Origin: Hydrolagus colliei
Taxonomy: Eukaryota
Direction of reading: 5' to 3'
NCBI GenBank assembly: GCA_035084275.1
Contig: CM068745.1
Span: forward strand, 41,602,001 to 41,666,000
Length of the DNA: 64,000 bases
The notes beneath the pieces were generated by a model. The model ran no database searches. It was not told the origin of the DNA and saw nothing but the letters and a program-made list of their open reading frames with translations. Made by a program: the position numbers and the translations under genes. Positions 25,253 to 37,910 of this stretch are shown here, piece by piece. Within the stretch, counting starts at the first letter, position 1, and each line of letters begins with the position of its first letter.

Positions 25253-26295
25253 TAAATAGACTAAATTCATATCAAATATTTTGTGTACCAAATCTATTAT
25301 CTATACCAGGGGTCCAACCTTTTGAAACCTTTTGTGTTTCCCTTCCAGAAACATCTCCTGTAATAATAATAGAAATCATAGAAATCCTACGTTTTAAACT
25401 GCGTTAGTTAATTTCACTATATTGTATTTACAATGCAAACTTTAAATAGGCAATGTAAAAATTCATACAATTTTAAAAGCAAGAATACACTTTTCAATAG
25501 AGTACATATTCAAGAACAATTATAATATCTAAAGTAAAAGATAAAAATGAAAGAAATAATTAAGTGAATTAAAATGCTCATAATTTAATAGCCCGAAAGA
25601 TGAACAAAATAATGTTGATCCTAAATGGAAATAATATACGCATCAAGTGTTTTTTAATATATTGAAGTCAAAACGCAACTCAGAATATCAACTATGATAT
25701 CAATATGGAGGCCTCTACGGAGAATGCTCAACAAACCAAAACAGATTAATCCATAATTGCAAAACTAACATAGGGACAAAATAAAGATACAGCACATTGA
25801 ATATATAATAATTCAAAATAATATCAGTAATAAACAAAACAGATTTAGAGTTGCATGATAAAATTCCATATTTCCTCCAAGCACAGTAATGAGCTCCCCT
25901 AACCACCATGACCATCTCCTGATTGTCAGAGCCTGAGCCTCCGGTGATGTGTCCTGATTGGCTCAGGGCTTCCTTGTTGCCTACATTTTTGGTCAGACAA
26001 TGAGGTTGGAAGTGGTTCTCAAGCCGAATGCAGCCCATGGGCCTCCAGTTGAACCTAATCTATACAATGCTTATTTTGATAATATAAATAGATGATTTAT
26101 TATTTTGATAATAATAAATAGATTATTTATATATATCTAAGAGTTTAGAATTAGAAATCAGGATCCTACATTATGCATTATGATCTGAAGTTGTCCATGT
26201 TTTGGTCTGTACTGAAATTAAATGTATCAGCATTGTATACAAAATAGTAGATGCTTGTCACTTTCATCTGTTTATTTCAAGTTTTTTTCTTTCAG

Positions 26296-26391
26296 TGTGC
26301 AGCAGTGGAAGTGCTCAGTATTTACAGTGCCAGTAATGACTTTGAATAACATATATGAAGAGTAAAGTGCAACAACTATATCACGCTCACT
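26296..26391 (+). other. Candidate 96-nt upstream ZBTB20 exon with an ATG (26355) in frame with the main exon
   Basis: Strong acceptor gtttttttctttcag ending 26295 and donor T|GTAAGT at 26392, in unique sequence. Splicing to 46321 would read [23 protein letters not shown]. Confidence 0.4.
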
Positions 26392-27297
26392 GTAAGTCAT
26401 ATTCACAATTTTCTTAAAATACATTACGTAACCTGAGAATGCAAATTGTTACAAATCCAGTTTAGGCTACGTATGAAATTGCTATTTAACATAGACCATG
26501 ACGTAAGGAAATATCAGTTGTCTTTCAAAGTCTTTTCAGACCAGCTTGATTGTACTCGGTGGGGATTTTATTGCACACTGTGAAAAAGTTTGCAACTGAC
26601 TCCCACATATTCACTAATCCATGAATGTGGGAGGAGTGGTGATTTTTTAAACTCTAGTTTTACTTTAAAAATATTGGTTGAAAACCTGTGCCGAATTCAG
26701 TATTCTGGAAGTAGGGTAGCACTTGGGCTCAAATAGTCATTGTACTTGATTTTGCATTAGGAGCTCTAAGGCCAAAAATAATAATGTATGACTTCGGAGG
26801 AAACTTTGGAACTATGAGAATATTTCTAGGGAGGATTAAGTGGGAAACAGCACCAAAGCATAAAACACAGAATTGATATATTTTTAATAACCGTTTTAAG
26901 GAATGTGAAATGAAGTACATTATTATGAGAAAAATAACATAGTAGAGCTGAGACTACAATAGTTTAAAAGAAATTAAAGCCAGACTAAAGGCCAAACAAA
27001 AAAGAACAAGGAATCAACATGTAATAAGGACAGGGAGTCATTTCACATTAAGTTGATGATGAATACAAGGAATGTTAGAGATGTTGAGAAATCAGTTCCT
27101 GAGACTTGACGCCCAGCTCAGTTTCAAACTCCACCATTAGTAAGTGCTCCAAGAAGCTACCCCATGTGAAGAGCCCAATATAAATGTAACTTCTTGTTGT
27201 CGTCAGTAAAATTTGTATTTGGACAGGAGCAAGATGGACCCAAAAACAATTGTTTAATTATGTTAATATTAAATCTGGTTGTGAAGACCAGTTAACT

Positions 27298-27595
27298 CCT
27301 TGTATTTGATTTAGCACCTTATCATTGAGGCATTTCAAACTGCTTCACAAGGTTTACCACAAAGTATAGTGACTGAATTTTTATCAAAAATACTAGCAGC
27401 CGGTTTTGGCACAGCAATGTCCCTACAAATAGCCTTGTAGGGACTGATTTTATCTGGAGGATTACTGATAAAGACGCTGGGAAAAACTCCTTTCTCTTTT
27501 AGAATAGTTGCATGGAATCTTTAACTTCCACCTGATCAGAAAGATGGGACCAAAGTTTAATATATCAGCCAAGGGCTGGCACCTCTGTCAATGCC
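27298..27595 (-). mobile_element. Deu-domain SINE remnant
   Basis: atggaatctttaacttccacctgatcag...gtttaatatatcagccaagggctggcacctctgtcaatgc matches the 7.0-7.1 kb copy. Confidence 0.6.
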
Positions 27596-28700
27596 CCCAT
27601 GTCTATGGATGACATGAGGAGGAAAAGAAGGGGGCCAAGAATGGGTATGCCACATGTGACCAAATGGTGCTGAGAAAAAAAAGGCAGAATTGAAATGCTG
27701 GCGGTTGGTTACGTTAGGACTCGAATCATGTGAATCAATCCCAATGAAATGGATGAGGGAGGAGAGGTGGTGGAGAAGGATAGTGTGATCGACTGTATCG
27801 AATGCAGCAGAGAGGTCCATGAGGACGATGAGACAGAGGGACCCTGGTCACAGAGAAAGGTTGTTATTTGTTACTTTGGCAACGCTGTCTCTGCTGTGGG
27901 CTGGGTGAAAACTGAACAGGAGGGGTTTGAGTAGGAAGTGGCGAAGTGAACAAAGTTGATTTGGAGCAATGCATTCCAGGTCTTTGGCCAGGAAGGGCAG
28001 ATTTGAAATGGGTTGGTGATGCAAGAAGTTGAAGGGATCAGATTAGTTGGCGTACAAATTAGCCATGGTCTAATTAATTGAATGGTTTGAATATGCTCAA
28101 AGGGCTGAATGGACTATTGCTGTTGATCAAGAGTAGCTTTTTTAAGGAGGGAGGGATGATAGCTGTTTTGAATGGAAGTGGGAGTGAGTCTGACGAGACT
28201 TCCAATGTTAGGTCAGGTCGGGGACGTGGAACAGGTCAGAGCCTGCTGAGTGTAGGGAACGGAGAAGTTGTTATGGTATTAACAAGTCCCAAGAGGTAGG
28301 AAGGAGCAAGGCCATGGAGGGCTTTGAAGACGAGGTTATGGATTTTTAACTGTCCTCTTGGAGATGGGGAGCTAGTGGAGCCAGGCGAGGATGGAGTTGA
28401 TAGGATCCCAGAGGAGGCAACATGAGCTGAAGAATTCTGGATGATTTACACTTTGTTTAGGAAAGAGGTGGGAAGGCCGACAACAGGGATTTGATGTAGT
28501 CGAGCCTATAATAATAATAATAATAATCCTTGCATTTGATATAGCGCTTTCCACATCTTATCAACATCCCAAAGCGCTTATCCCAAAGCCTATATGTAAT
28601 AAATGTGTGGATGAAGGTTTTGACGGCCTGAGGGGAGTGGCAGTGGCAGAGCCAGACAATGGTATGGAGTTGGGGGAAGGCATAACTGTCATGGCACAGA
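27596..28700 (-). mobile_element. Fragmented L2 with small CR1 (about 28030-28120) and SINE-tail (about 28508-28580) inserts
   Basis: ORF 27557..27820 (-) MDLSAAFDTVDHTILL is an RT motif; 28230-28700 is collinear with the L2 C-terminal region. Confidence 0.7.
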
Positions 28701-29419
28701 TCTAATTATCCCACAGATAAAGTTTAAGAATGGTATGATATTTACAATACAAATTAGCGTTCATTTTTCATTGTCAGAAAGTTACAGCCTCGCAGAAACT
28801 CTTCTTGACTATAAAATAATAGTTTGTAGAAGTGGTGAGCAAGGTTTGGGGAATTTAACTATGAAGAACCATCCCAGAAAATAATTATCAGAGCAAAAAT
28901 AATACCTGACTTTCTATGGGTTTATAAAAAACTGTTTGACCTTCTCCAAGGTGGGAGTAGACAGGGAAATAGGACTTCAAGAGACCACAGAGGTAAGCTG
29001 ATGCAAGGGTGTGGAGACATTTCAAAATCAGAACAAGAATCTTAAAATGAATCCATAGAACAATAGGGAGCCAGTCTGCCTCGAAAATATCGAAGTAGGC
29101 TCCAGGATGCAGACTGTCAAATTTTGGTTGATCTGGAAATGGTGGAGAATTGATGTGGGAAGGAGGGCACTGCTAAAGCAGCTGGATGGAAGTAGGGATG
29201 TAAGTTTTGGATGTTGGATGAGATGAAACAAAGTGTTCAAGAACCAGGTGAAATTTCCTCCAATTAAATGGCAACAAGATCGAGGCTCTACTGCTTGGCT
29301 CTGTTCATCAACTCCTCACCTTGAGTTCTGTTAGCATTACTATTCATGAATGCACTCCTGAGCCAGTATGGAACTTTGTTCTCTTGTTCATTGCTCAAAA
29401 CCCCACATGTACATAATCC

Positions 29420-29742
29420 TTCCCCTGTATCTGCATAATTGCCCACCTCCTTCAGTACCTGACCCCTCAGGCTGTTGAGACTTTCATCCACGCTTTCGCA
29501 ACATCCAGGATTGGCTTGGCAACTGCCTGCCTGCTCACCGGTCTTTCCAATTCTTTCCTCCACACTTCCAATGCTTCTCGCTAAAGATTATTAAAAACTC
29601 TGCAGCTTATGTCCTTTCTGACACTAAGCTCCCTCACCCAATCTTGCCAGGCTTTACTGGCTCCCCATCCTCCAGAGGATCAAATTTAAAATCCTTGACC
29701 TTGCCTTTAAAGTCCTCCACTGTCTTGCTCCGCCCTACCTCT
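29420..29742 (+). mobile_element. L2 C-terminal fragment, opposite orientation to the adjacent 29747 copy
   Basis: tactggctccccatcctccagaggatcaaatttaaaatcc encodes YWLPILQRIKFKI. Confidence 0.7.
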
Positions 29743-29746
29743 GTGA

Positions 29747-30829
29747 CAACAACAACAAAATTGCACTTATATAGCGTTTTTCATGTCAGGAGGACGTCCC
29801 AAAGTGCTGAACAGTCAGGTCGGGACCCAAGCGGGGGGGTGGGGGGAGGGTCGGGGTAGGGGGAAGGAAAGGAGAAAGAGTTAGTGGGGGAGTCAAATGC
29901 GCGGTCGGAGAGGAAGGTCTTGAGACTGGCCTTGAAGGAGGAAAGGGAGGAAGCAAGGCGGAGGGGTTGCGGGATGGAGTTCCACATTGTGGGAGCAGAG
30001 GCTGAAAGCCCGGGCACCAATGGTGGGGCGGTTAGGTGGTGGACGCGGAGCAAGCCTGAGTCTGCTGAACGAAGGGTGCAGGCAGGGAGACAGTAGGTCA
30101 GAGAGATAGGTGGGGGCAAGGCCATGAATGGCCTTGAAAGTGAGGATGAGGATCTTGAATTCAATCCTCTGGGGAATGGGGAGCCAGTGAAGACAGGCGA
30201 GGGTGGAAGTGATGTGGTCGCGAACCCTGGTACAGGAGAGTACATGAGCTGCAGAATTCTGAATGATCTGCAGTCTGTGAAGAGAGGAGCTGAGAAGGCC
30301 GATGAGGAGAGAGGTCCCGTAGTCGAGCCTGGAAGTGATAAAGGCACGGATGAGAGTTTCGGCGGCATGGGCGGCATTGTAGTGGCGGAGTCTGGCAATA
30401 TTGCGGAGGTGATGGAAGGCTATGCCGGTCATGGAGCGGATGTGTGGGAGGAAGGATAGTTCGGGGTCGAACAATACGCTCAGATTCCTGATTGGCTTTG
30501 AGAGGTGGAGAGAGCAGCCTTGAATGCTGATGTTGTCAGCGCCTGAGGTGAAGAGGCGCTGACGTGAGCCAATCAGGAGGGCCTCCGTCTTGTTGACATT
30601 GAGCTGTAGGAAATTTGCCCTCATCCAGGACTCAATATCGGACAGACATGCAGTCAGAACGCCAGTAGTCCTGGAGTCGAGGGTGAACACGGAGAGGTAG
30701 AGTTGTATGTCATCTGCATACATGTGGAAATTTACCCCATGTCTGAGGATTATGTCGCCCAGGGGGAGAGTGTAGAGGGTGAAGAGCAGGGGGCCAAGGA
30801 CGGAGCCCTGGGGAACGCCGCATGTGCCG
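29747..30829 (-). mobile_element. L2 LINE, 5'-truncated, best preserved copy (RT C-terminal half, 3'UTR and (GTT)n tail)
   Basis: ORF 29893..30849 (-) has [38 protein letters not shown] and [13 protein letters not shown]; the WNSIP...FKASLKT end is in a shifted frame. Confidence 0.92.
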
Positions 30830-30860
30830 CAACAACAACAAAATTGCATATATATATATA

Positions 30861-31518
30861 CAGTAAAAGCCCATTTATCCGATCAACCATAACTTCCGTA
30901 TAACTGGCACCTCAAAAAAAAGTCCCCATTCGAATAACCGGATCTTATCTGGCACAATCGCGGTGGCGCATTTAATGAGTCGATTGTTGCACGAGAGTAC
31001 AGTACGATTAGTTCTGAATGCTGCCTGTAGTGGCACTTTCAGTTTTTCTTCTTCAAGGGGCATTGTTTTTTCTCTCACTTTCTCCTTTTTCTCTTTTCCT
31101 CTTTTTCCCTTTTTCTTTCTCTCTCTCTCTCCCTCTCCTTCCTCTCTATCTCTCCCTCTTTTTCTATCTCTTACCCTTTCTTTCTTTCCCTTTCTCTCTG
31201 ACGGATACTACATTGCCTGTGTAGCCTGACAGTATCTTGGGTTTATACAATGTTTTGGTGGGGGTGGGGTATGGAAAGAGGGCTGGGAAGAAAGAGAGGA
31301 CTGGGAGGGAGATAGAGAGGTGGGGGAGAGGAGTGGGGGGAGAGAGAGGGGATGAGTTGATTAATTTAGATGGAAAATTAGAGGATTGGAGGAGTTTGTA
31401 TGTTTTTTTTAAAAAGTTAGTTTTGTTTGTGTCGGGTTTTCGGCATCCGAATATCCGGCACGTGGTTTAACCGGCATTGGCCAGGTCCCGAGGGTGCCGG
31501 ATAAACAGGCTTTTACTG
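30861..31518 (+). mobile_element. Tigger/pogo-like non-autonomous element inserted in a (TA)n run
   Basis: (TA)n|CAGTAAAAGCCCATTTATCC ... GGATAAACAGGCTTTTACTG|TA. Confidence 0.87.
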
Positions 31519-32825
31519 TATATAAGTTCAATTTGTTGTTATTGTGTATTAGGAGCCACAGTATCGATATCTGAATATTATTGTAGGGAACCTTCATGCA
31601 TCTATTGAAATGTGCATAATGTATATTTCATAAAAATGAAGTGAAGAACTGCCCATTCTTTCTTACTTGGGTTTGAAAATCAACACCCAAATGAATCTGA
31701 GCTGTATCACTTCAGATCTGCCATTGTAGAGGAGGGAGCTTCCCCTTATTTACAAAAGGGGCTCCATACTATCACTGCAACTCCAGATATTGGTCCAGGG
31801 ATATGAAAAGGTTACCTAGAGTTTATGCATATACACCTTCCTTAATCCTACTTCCATGAAAAAGTGCTCCATTCAATATGCATCGTGGAGCATTTACTTA
31901 CATTGAATCAATTAAAAGACATATGTACATTAGCAGCTTTTTCTTACATTCTTTTTCAAATAATCCTTGGATCCAATTTCCCGAGTGTATTTACACACCT
32001 TTTGCAAATTTGCAACCCAAACTACTGTACAATCTTTACTTGTGATGACATTTTTTCTCCATAATTCCTTCTACTGGATCTTTTGCAGGTTTTCATCTGT
32101 TTATTTTGTGTAGTTTGCTGTAGTTTTTCTCTTACATGTTTCTGTCCTAGCCAACAATCTCTCAAATAATATTGGTCATTCATTTTGTGACTGCCTGTGA
32201 GACAGAGCTGCCATGTTCGCCTACAAAAGCAGACTCACTCCACTTCACAGTAAATCCTGTGCTTTGGGGAGACCTCCTGACGTGAAAGGCACTATACCAA
32301 ATGCAAGGATTATTATCATGATGATCTCCTTGGGGGCTGAGCTGCCTCCAAGGTGATGTAGAGAAATGGGGAAAACCCTCAAACTGGTTTGAATACTTTA
32401 GCATGAGACGATTGGTTTCAGACACCCGGCATTTCAATTTAAGATATTTGAACATACATGTAAGCGAATGGATTTATAAAGCTAGGTTTGGATTTCCCCA
32501 AATAGATCTCCAGACAAAAGGACTTTTCAGTAACACTTCTTTGTTTACATTAGCACCTTTCACACGTCAGGGGGACATCCCAACACTTTTGACTTTACTT
32601 TGAGGGAAATGACAATTTTTGCCTAGTTTGTATTGCACTTTTGTCAAAGTTACATCAGATCATGGTGGGGTGGGTGCATGGTGGAAACGTCTGTGCATGC
32701 AGAGCATAGCTGATAATGCAGTACTAGCTTCAGCAGGTCGTATTTCCAGGTCATTGCTTTGTAATATTCAATAATAACGTATTCAATATATATATATGCT
32801 TAATATTCAATATATATATATATGC

Positions 32826-33045
32826 TTAATAATATTCCGTCCAACAAAAACCACAATGATAAAAATTGGTCAGTTTCAATCCAGAACTGTTTGTGGGACA
32901 CTGCTGTGTGCAATTGGCTGCTGTGTATCGCCTATAAATATACAGTCAATTCACTTTACAGTATATTCCGTGAAGCGCTTTAAGACAGCGATAAGATATG
33001 AAAAGCACTAATATCAAAATGCAACGATTATTATTTATTATTATA
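32826..33045 (+). mobile_element. 5'-truncated tRNA-SINE
   Basis: Body tgtgggacactgctgtgtgcaattggctgc...cagtcaattcactttacag...attattta matches the family. Confidence 0.75.
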
Positions 33046-33130
33046 ATATATACTGAAAAGTTACAGAAAATGTGTTTTAGAATGGTAAATTTTGTGTAAT
33101 TCAGTTAAATATAGCTGTTCAGTTATAAGG

Positions 33131-33545
33131 ATTCATAGATTCATAGATTCATAGAATTTTATGGCACAAAAGGAGGCCATTCAGCCCATCTAGTCTGTGC
33201 CGGCTCTTTGAAAAGAGCGATTCAATCCCACTGCCCTGCCCGCTCCCCATAGCCTAATAGACCTGTTCTCCCTAAATAAAGATCTAATTCCCTTTTAAAA
33301 GTTGTTATCGAATCAGCCTCTACCACCTTTTCAGGCAATGCATTCCAGATTCGAACAACTTGCTGAGTGAAAAAATTTCTCCTCAGCTCCCCTCTACTTC
33401 GCCTTGAAACTATTTAAAATCTGTGACCACGAGTCACAGATTCACCCACGAGTGGAAATAGTTTTTCTCTATTTGCCCTGTCGAAACCCCTCATGATCTT
33501 ATAAACCTCTATTAGGTCTCCCCTCAATCTTCTCTGCTCCAGAGA
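33131..33545 (-). mobile_element. CR1 LINE 3' end with 8-bp tandem tail (ATTCATAG)3
   Basis: attcatagattcatagattcatagaa tail, aggaggccattcagcccatc 3'UTR motif; minus strand reads FFTQQVVRIWNALPEKVVEADSITTFKRELDLYL, the CR1 ORF2 C-terminus. Confidence 0.85.
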
Positions 33546-34573
33546 GATGTTATATATGTTAATTATTCTTTACATCTTTACATTATACCAATGGTTCAAC
33601 ATTTTTACAATGTTGATTCATGATGACATTCATATTGGTTTTAAATTAGTATATCACCATCGAGCAGACAATAGTTATAAACACTGTTTATTGTTGGTAT
33701 TCTTTGCTGTCCCTTCTGATGTCATTGAGATGGCTCAAAACATTTCAAGTGCAATTTGGCTCCTGCATTCGGCAACAAATTACAAAGAGATCCGCAGTCA
33801 CAAATACACATATTAGAATTCAAATAATAACAATAATAATTCTTACATTTGATAAACTACTTTTATACTAGGAGACATCTCAAAGAGCGTCACAGGATTT
33901 ACTGGAAGGTGTAGGCGCTACACTAGTATTTTATAGGAACACATGGCAACCCAGTCAATTTGCTCACAGCAGTGTCACACAACAGATGTTAAACGGATGA
34001 CAGGTTTAGCTGGGGAACTGTTGGTTAGGACAAATGAAGATTGAGATCCTTTAAGGAAAGGGACATTAAATTTGGGAAGTGGGCATTCTCCACCTTGAGT
34101 TGTATGGCCACTGATCAATTTAGCATTGGATCTTATCTTACTCATGAAGCTCTATATCAGAATTTTATATTCATTCACATTCAGTGAAATTGGTTCTTCT
34201 ACAAATCTCTATTAATTATACAAAAATATTGAGAACATTAGGGAAATAATTTTCAATAATTTCAATACATACTGCAGTATGCTAAATAGCCAACTTGATG
34301 GAAAATATATTACTTATTTACAGAATATTGACTTATTAGAAGGCAGTAATTAGCGCCTTGGGACGTCCTCCCGACGTGAAAGGCGCTATATAAATGTAAA
34401 TTGTTGTTGTTATAATGCAACAAATTGAAGTACTGCAATTGTAGTCATGAACATTATTGCGAAAATAATGCTGGTTAATTGTTTGCATTTTGTAATGCAG
34501 CTGAAGAAATTGAATCTCCTGATTTAAAAGTATTCCGTCTATTATTTAGTGTTCAATTATTTTCTTGTTTTAG

Positions 34574-34707
34574 CAAACCGAAAGGACAGCGAAATAATGA
34601 AGGAATTGCAGTAACTGTGGTCCTTGAAGAATGAGAGTCACGCAAACGGACATTGCTCCAAGCCTGGTCTTTCCTGACAGAAGCATATAAGACAAGTAGC
34701 CTTGCAG
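34574..34707 (+). other. Candidate upstream ZBTB20 exon resembling the mammalian long-isoform N-terminal exon; contains a 19-codon uORF (34631-34690)
   Basis: Acceptor ttttcttgttttag ends at 34573 (alternative ttgtaatgcag at 34500); possible donor CAG|GTGAAA at 34708. Frames give KPK... and KNESHANGHCSKPGLS*, similar to recalled human [30 protein letters not shown]. Confidence 0.5.
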
Positions 34708-35604
34708 GTGAAAATTCATATACAGATACTTTACCCCATCTTCTACTCTGACTATACATTTATTCAAATATTGAGGCATGTTATAATGGAATTATCCTTT
34801 ATCACTCATAAACATTTTCAGAAATTTTCATATTCTTCTCACAATATAGATACAGTGGACCATTTATAAAGAGCACAATTAATTTTTTGGGGTATTCAGG
34901 CCCAAGGCCTTGTGTTTAAAATGCTAATCAAGACAACACATTCTGGGTTATGAGAGTGTAGATTTTGCCTTTTTTGGCACATCAACCCTGCTAGGATTTA
35001 TAGTAAAATTCACTTTGCCTCAGTATTGAATCCAGGTCCACTTCCTGGGAAGGAAGTACTGCCGTCTAGTGGTCATTAAATTGACATATCTACATTAACA
35101 CCGCCAGGCTGAAAATATCACAAACATTTCCTCAATATTTGTTTGAAAGTTACCTAATTTACATCCCAAGAACATATTCAATATGCATTTTTTGGTTGTG
35201 CACTCTAATTTATGTAAGTTGTCTTTCTAGTCTTGATATTCTCTCTATATGGCTTTCTCAGGATATGCCTTGGACCCTGCCCTTGTTCCTTGCCTTTCAT
35301 GTTTGTCTCTACCTTCTTGAGAATTTGTACATGCTCATCCTGTCTGTAAGGAAGATGATCCCTCCAAGCCTTTAAAACTATCTCCCTATTATGAAGAAGA
35401 CCCTTTACTCAATTTAATCAAATGTCTACTTTACTGTCTTCCCATCACAGGATCAAACTGATTATTAAATGAGTTCAGTATTCTGACCTCAGCAACCGAA
35501 TACAAAATTACTTCTGCTTTTGAATAAATGGATGATTAATTTCTTACTTAATTTATCATGACAAGGCCTAGCAAGGTGCACTTCTAAGTAAAGTACCAAT
35601 TAAA

Positions 35605-37910
35605 TACAACATAAAATTAGATTTGGATAGGGCCTTGCATATTGGGAGGACATCCCAAGGTGCTGGGGTTAGGGATTGGGGAGGATGGAGGGCAGGGAAG
35701 GAATGAATTTGATCAAAAGCATGGTCAAAGAGGAGGGCCTAGAAGGAGGCAAAATATGGGATGATGCAGAGTGCAGGATGCAGTTACAGAGAGTGGGGGC
35801 AGAATGGCTGAAGGCCGGCCGCCAATGGTGGAGCAAACAAGGTGGGAGACGTGAAGGAAGACGGAGCCCACTAGGTGGAGGGAGCAGGCAGGTTGGTAGG
35901 GGGTTAGAAGATCACAGAGGTTGGAGGGAGTGAGGCCATGGAGTTCTGTGAAGGTGAGCACCAGGAACTTGAAGTGTACCCTCTGAAGGGAAGCGGGTGG
36001 AGTCTGGTGAGGGTGTGGGTGATATGGTCACTGAGTCTAGTGCAGGAGAGGACACGGGTTGCAGAGTTCTGGATGAACTGCAGCCTATAAAGGGAGGACT
36101 TGGAAAGGCTGATAAGCAAGGAGTTTGCATTGTGGATGCAGTGTGAGAGGTACAAGCTGAACTATTCAACGAGAGAACTATGAAGGCTAAGGTGAGAGTA
36201 GAGGTGGTGGATAAGGATGGAGGGTCGGAAGGCAGCAGACAGGTCAAGGAGGCAGTGGGAGACCTGGTCATAGACAGGACAGAATGTAATTTGTCGCTTT
36301 GACCAGAATTGGTTCTGTGCATGGCACTGAAACCGATTGGAGGCTTTTACAAAGGGAGTGGCAGGAGAGGAAGTAGCAAAGCTGGAAAGCAACAACTCTT
36401 TCCATGACCTTAGAGAGGAAAGGGAGGTTGGAGATGGGGCGGTAATTTGAGGGAAGGAATAGGTCCATGGAGGTTTTTTTTAAGGATGGACATGATGATG
36501 GCCATTTTTGAAAGGATGGGAACAGTGCCCGTGGACTAGGATAAGTTGATGATCTCTGTGAGTAGAGTGGTAAGGAGGTTGAGCTGGGAGATAAGGGGAG
36601 GAGTAGGGATGAGGTCAAGGGAGCAGATGGTAGGTTTCATGTGGCTTAAAGTGGTAATGAGAGAGGAATGGGAGACAGGTTCCGAAGGTGTGGAAGGAGG
36701 GCTGGGTAGGTGCTGGAACGGGAGGGGATGATGGAGAGAAGGTAGTAGTTAGAAGAGGAGAAGCAGCTGAGTGGATCACCTCAACTTTGGATTCAAGGAG
36801 GTCCAGCATTGCTTCACTGTTGGAGATGAGGATGGGGTAGGCATAAGAGGGTGGATGGAGGAGCCAGCAGGTGATAAAGAAGAGGAGCCTAGGATTGTCC
36901 TTGGCCTCCAAGATTGGCCTCCCAAGATAAGAACGATGATTTAGCGGAGGTGAGGGCAGGATGATAGCATTTGGTAAGATCCAGCCAGATCTGCCAATGG
37001 ACCGTTAAGTTTGATTTAAGCCAGGTACATTCAGCAGCACATTCAGTGCTTTAAGAGAGTGGAGGTGGCTGGTGTATCATGATGACTTACATCAGTAGGA
37101 GATGGTACAGGAAGTAAAGGGAGTAATGAAATTGAGAGTGGCGGAGAGGGAATTGTGGAGGAGAGTGACCGAGGAGAATATGTCGTTGCAGGAGGAAGCC
37201 CAGAGGGGGAGGAGTTTAGATGATTCCAAGGCAACAAGGTGGGGAAGACTTTTTTCCAGGAGTGGAAGGAGATGGAGGTGGGTTGGGTGGTGATGGGGAG
37301 GGGGATTGAAGAGTTAAAGGAGATGAAATGATGGTCCAAGATGGCTTTGTCGGTAATGGTGCGGTCCAAGCCGGTAAGGTCTAGAGTAATCACCAGGTTG
37401 AAGGGGTGACCACGTATGTGGGTGACAAAGTGGATGTGGAGGGAGAGATTAAGGGAGGAGATGAGGGAGGGGAAGTTGACAGAGGTAGAATAGGAGGCAG
37501 TAAAGTGAAGGTTCACCAAGGATGAGGAGGCTTTTGGAGCAGAGAGAGAAGGAAAACAGGGTGGAGATATCAGGGAAGAAGGTGGGGGAGGGCTGGGGGT
37601 GGTGGCAATAAATAAGGAGAATATTGAGGGAAAGGTTGGAGGGATGGTTAAGGTGCTCAAAGGAGGGGAAGTTCCAGAGGTGTAAGAGTAAAGCCCGAGT
37701 GGAGCCACACAGGCGGTTAGTTCAGGGTTTGGTGGAGGGTGTAGCTGGGTAGTGTGGCCTTGATCAGAGGGAAGGTATCACCTGGAATGACCTAGGTTTC
37801 AGTGAGGGCGAGAATGTCGGATGTTTTCATCGACGATGAAGTCTTGGATGGTGAGAATTTTATTGCAGAGGGAGTGGACATTTTGTAGGCTAATGTGGAG
37901 GGTACAGTTG
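35605..37910 (-). mobile_element. Long decayed L2 LINE including endonuclease remnant, with a central RT deletion
   Basis: Minus strand has LQNVHSLCNKI...LALTET (APE start, about 37790-37900), SNYRPISNLPFLSKVMERVVA (36.4 kb), LLDLSAAF, then jumps to LQFIQNSATRVL and the 3' tail; many frameshifts. Confidence 0.85.

Noticed and set aside
25307-26060. Possible hAT-Charlie-like element (CAGGGGTCCAACC start; similar fragment near 13306)
   Set aside because: No convincing matching right TIR or TSD, so it is too degenerate to call.
29893-30849. 318-aa reverse transcriptase ORF as an active or domesticated gene
   Set aside because: 5'-truncated, starts in tail-derived sequence, lacks the N-terminal RT motifs and endonuclease, and is frameshifted near the end.
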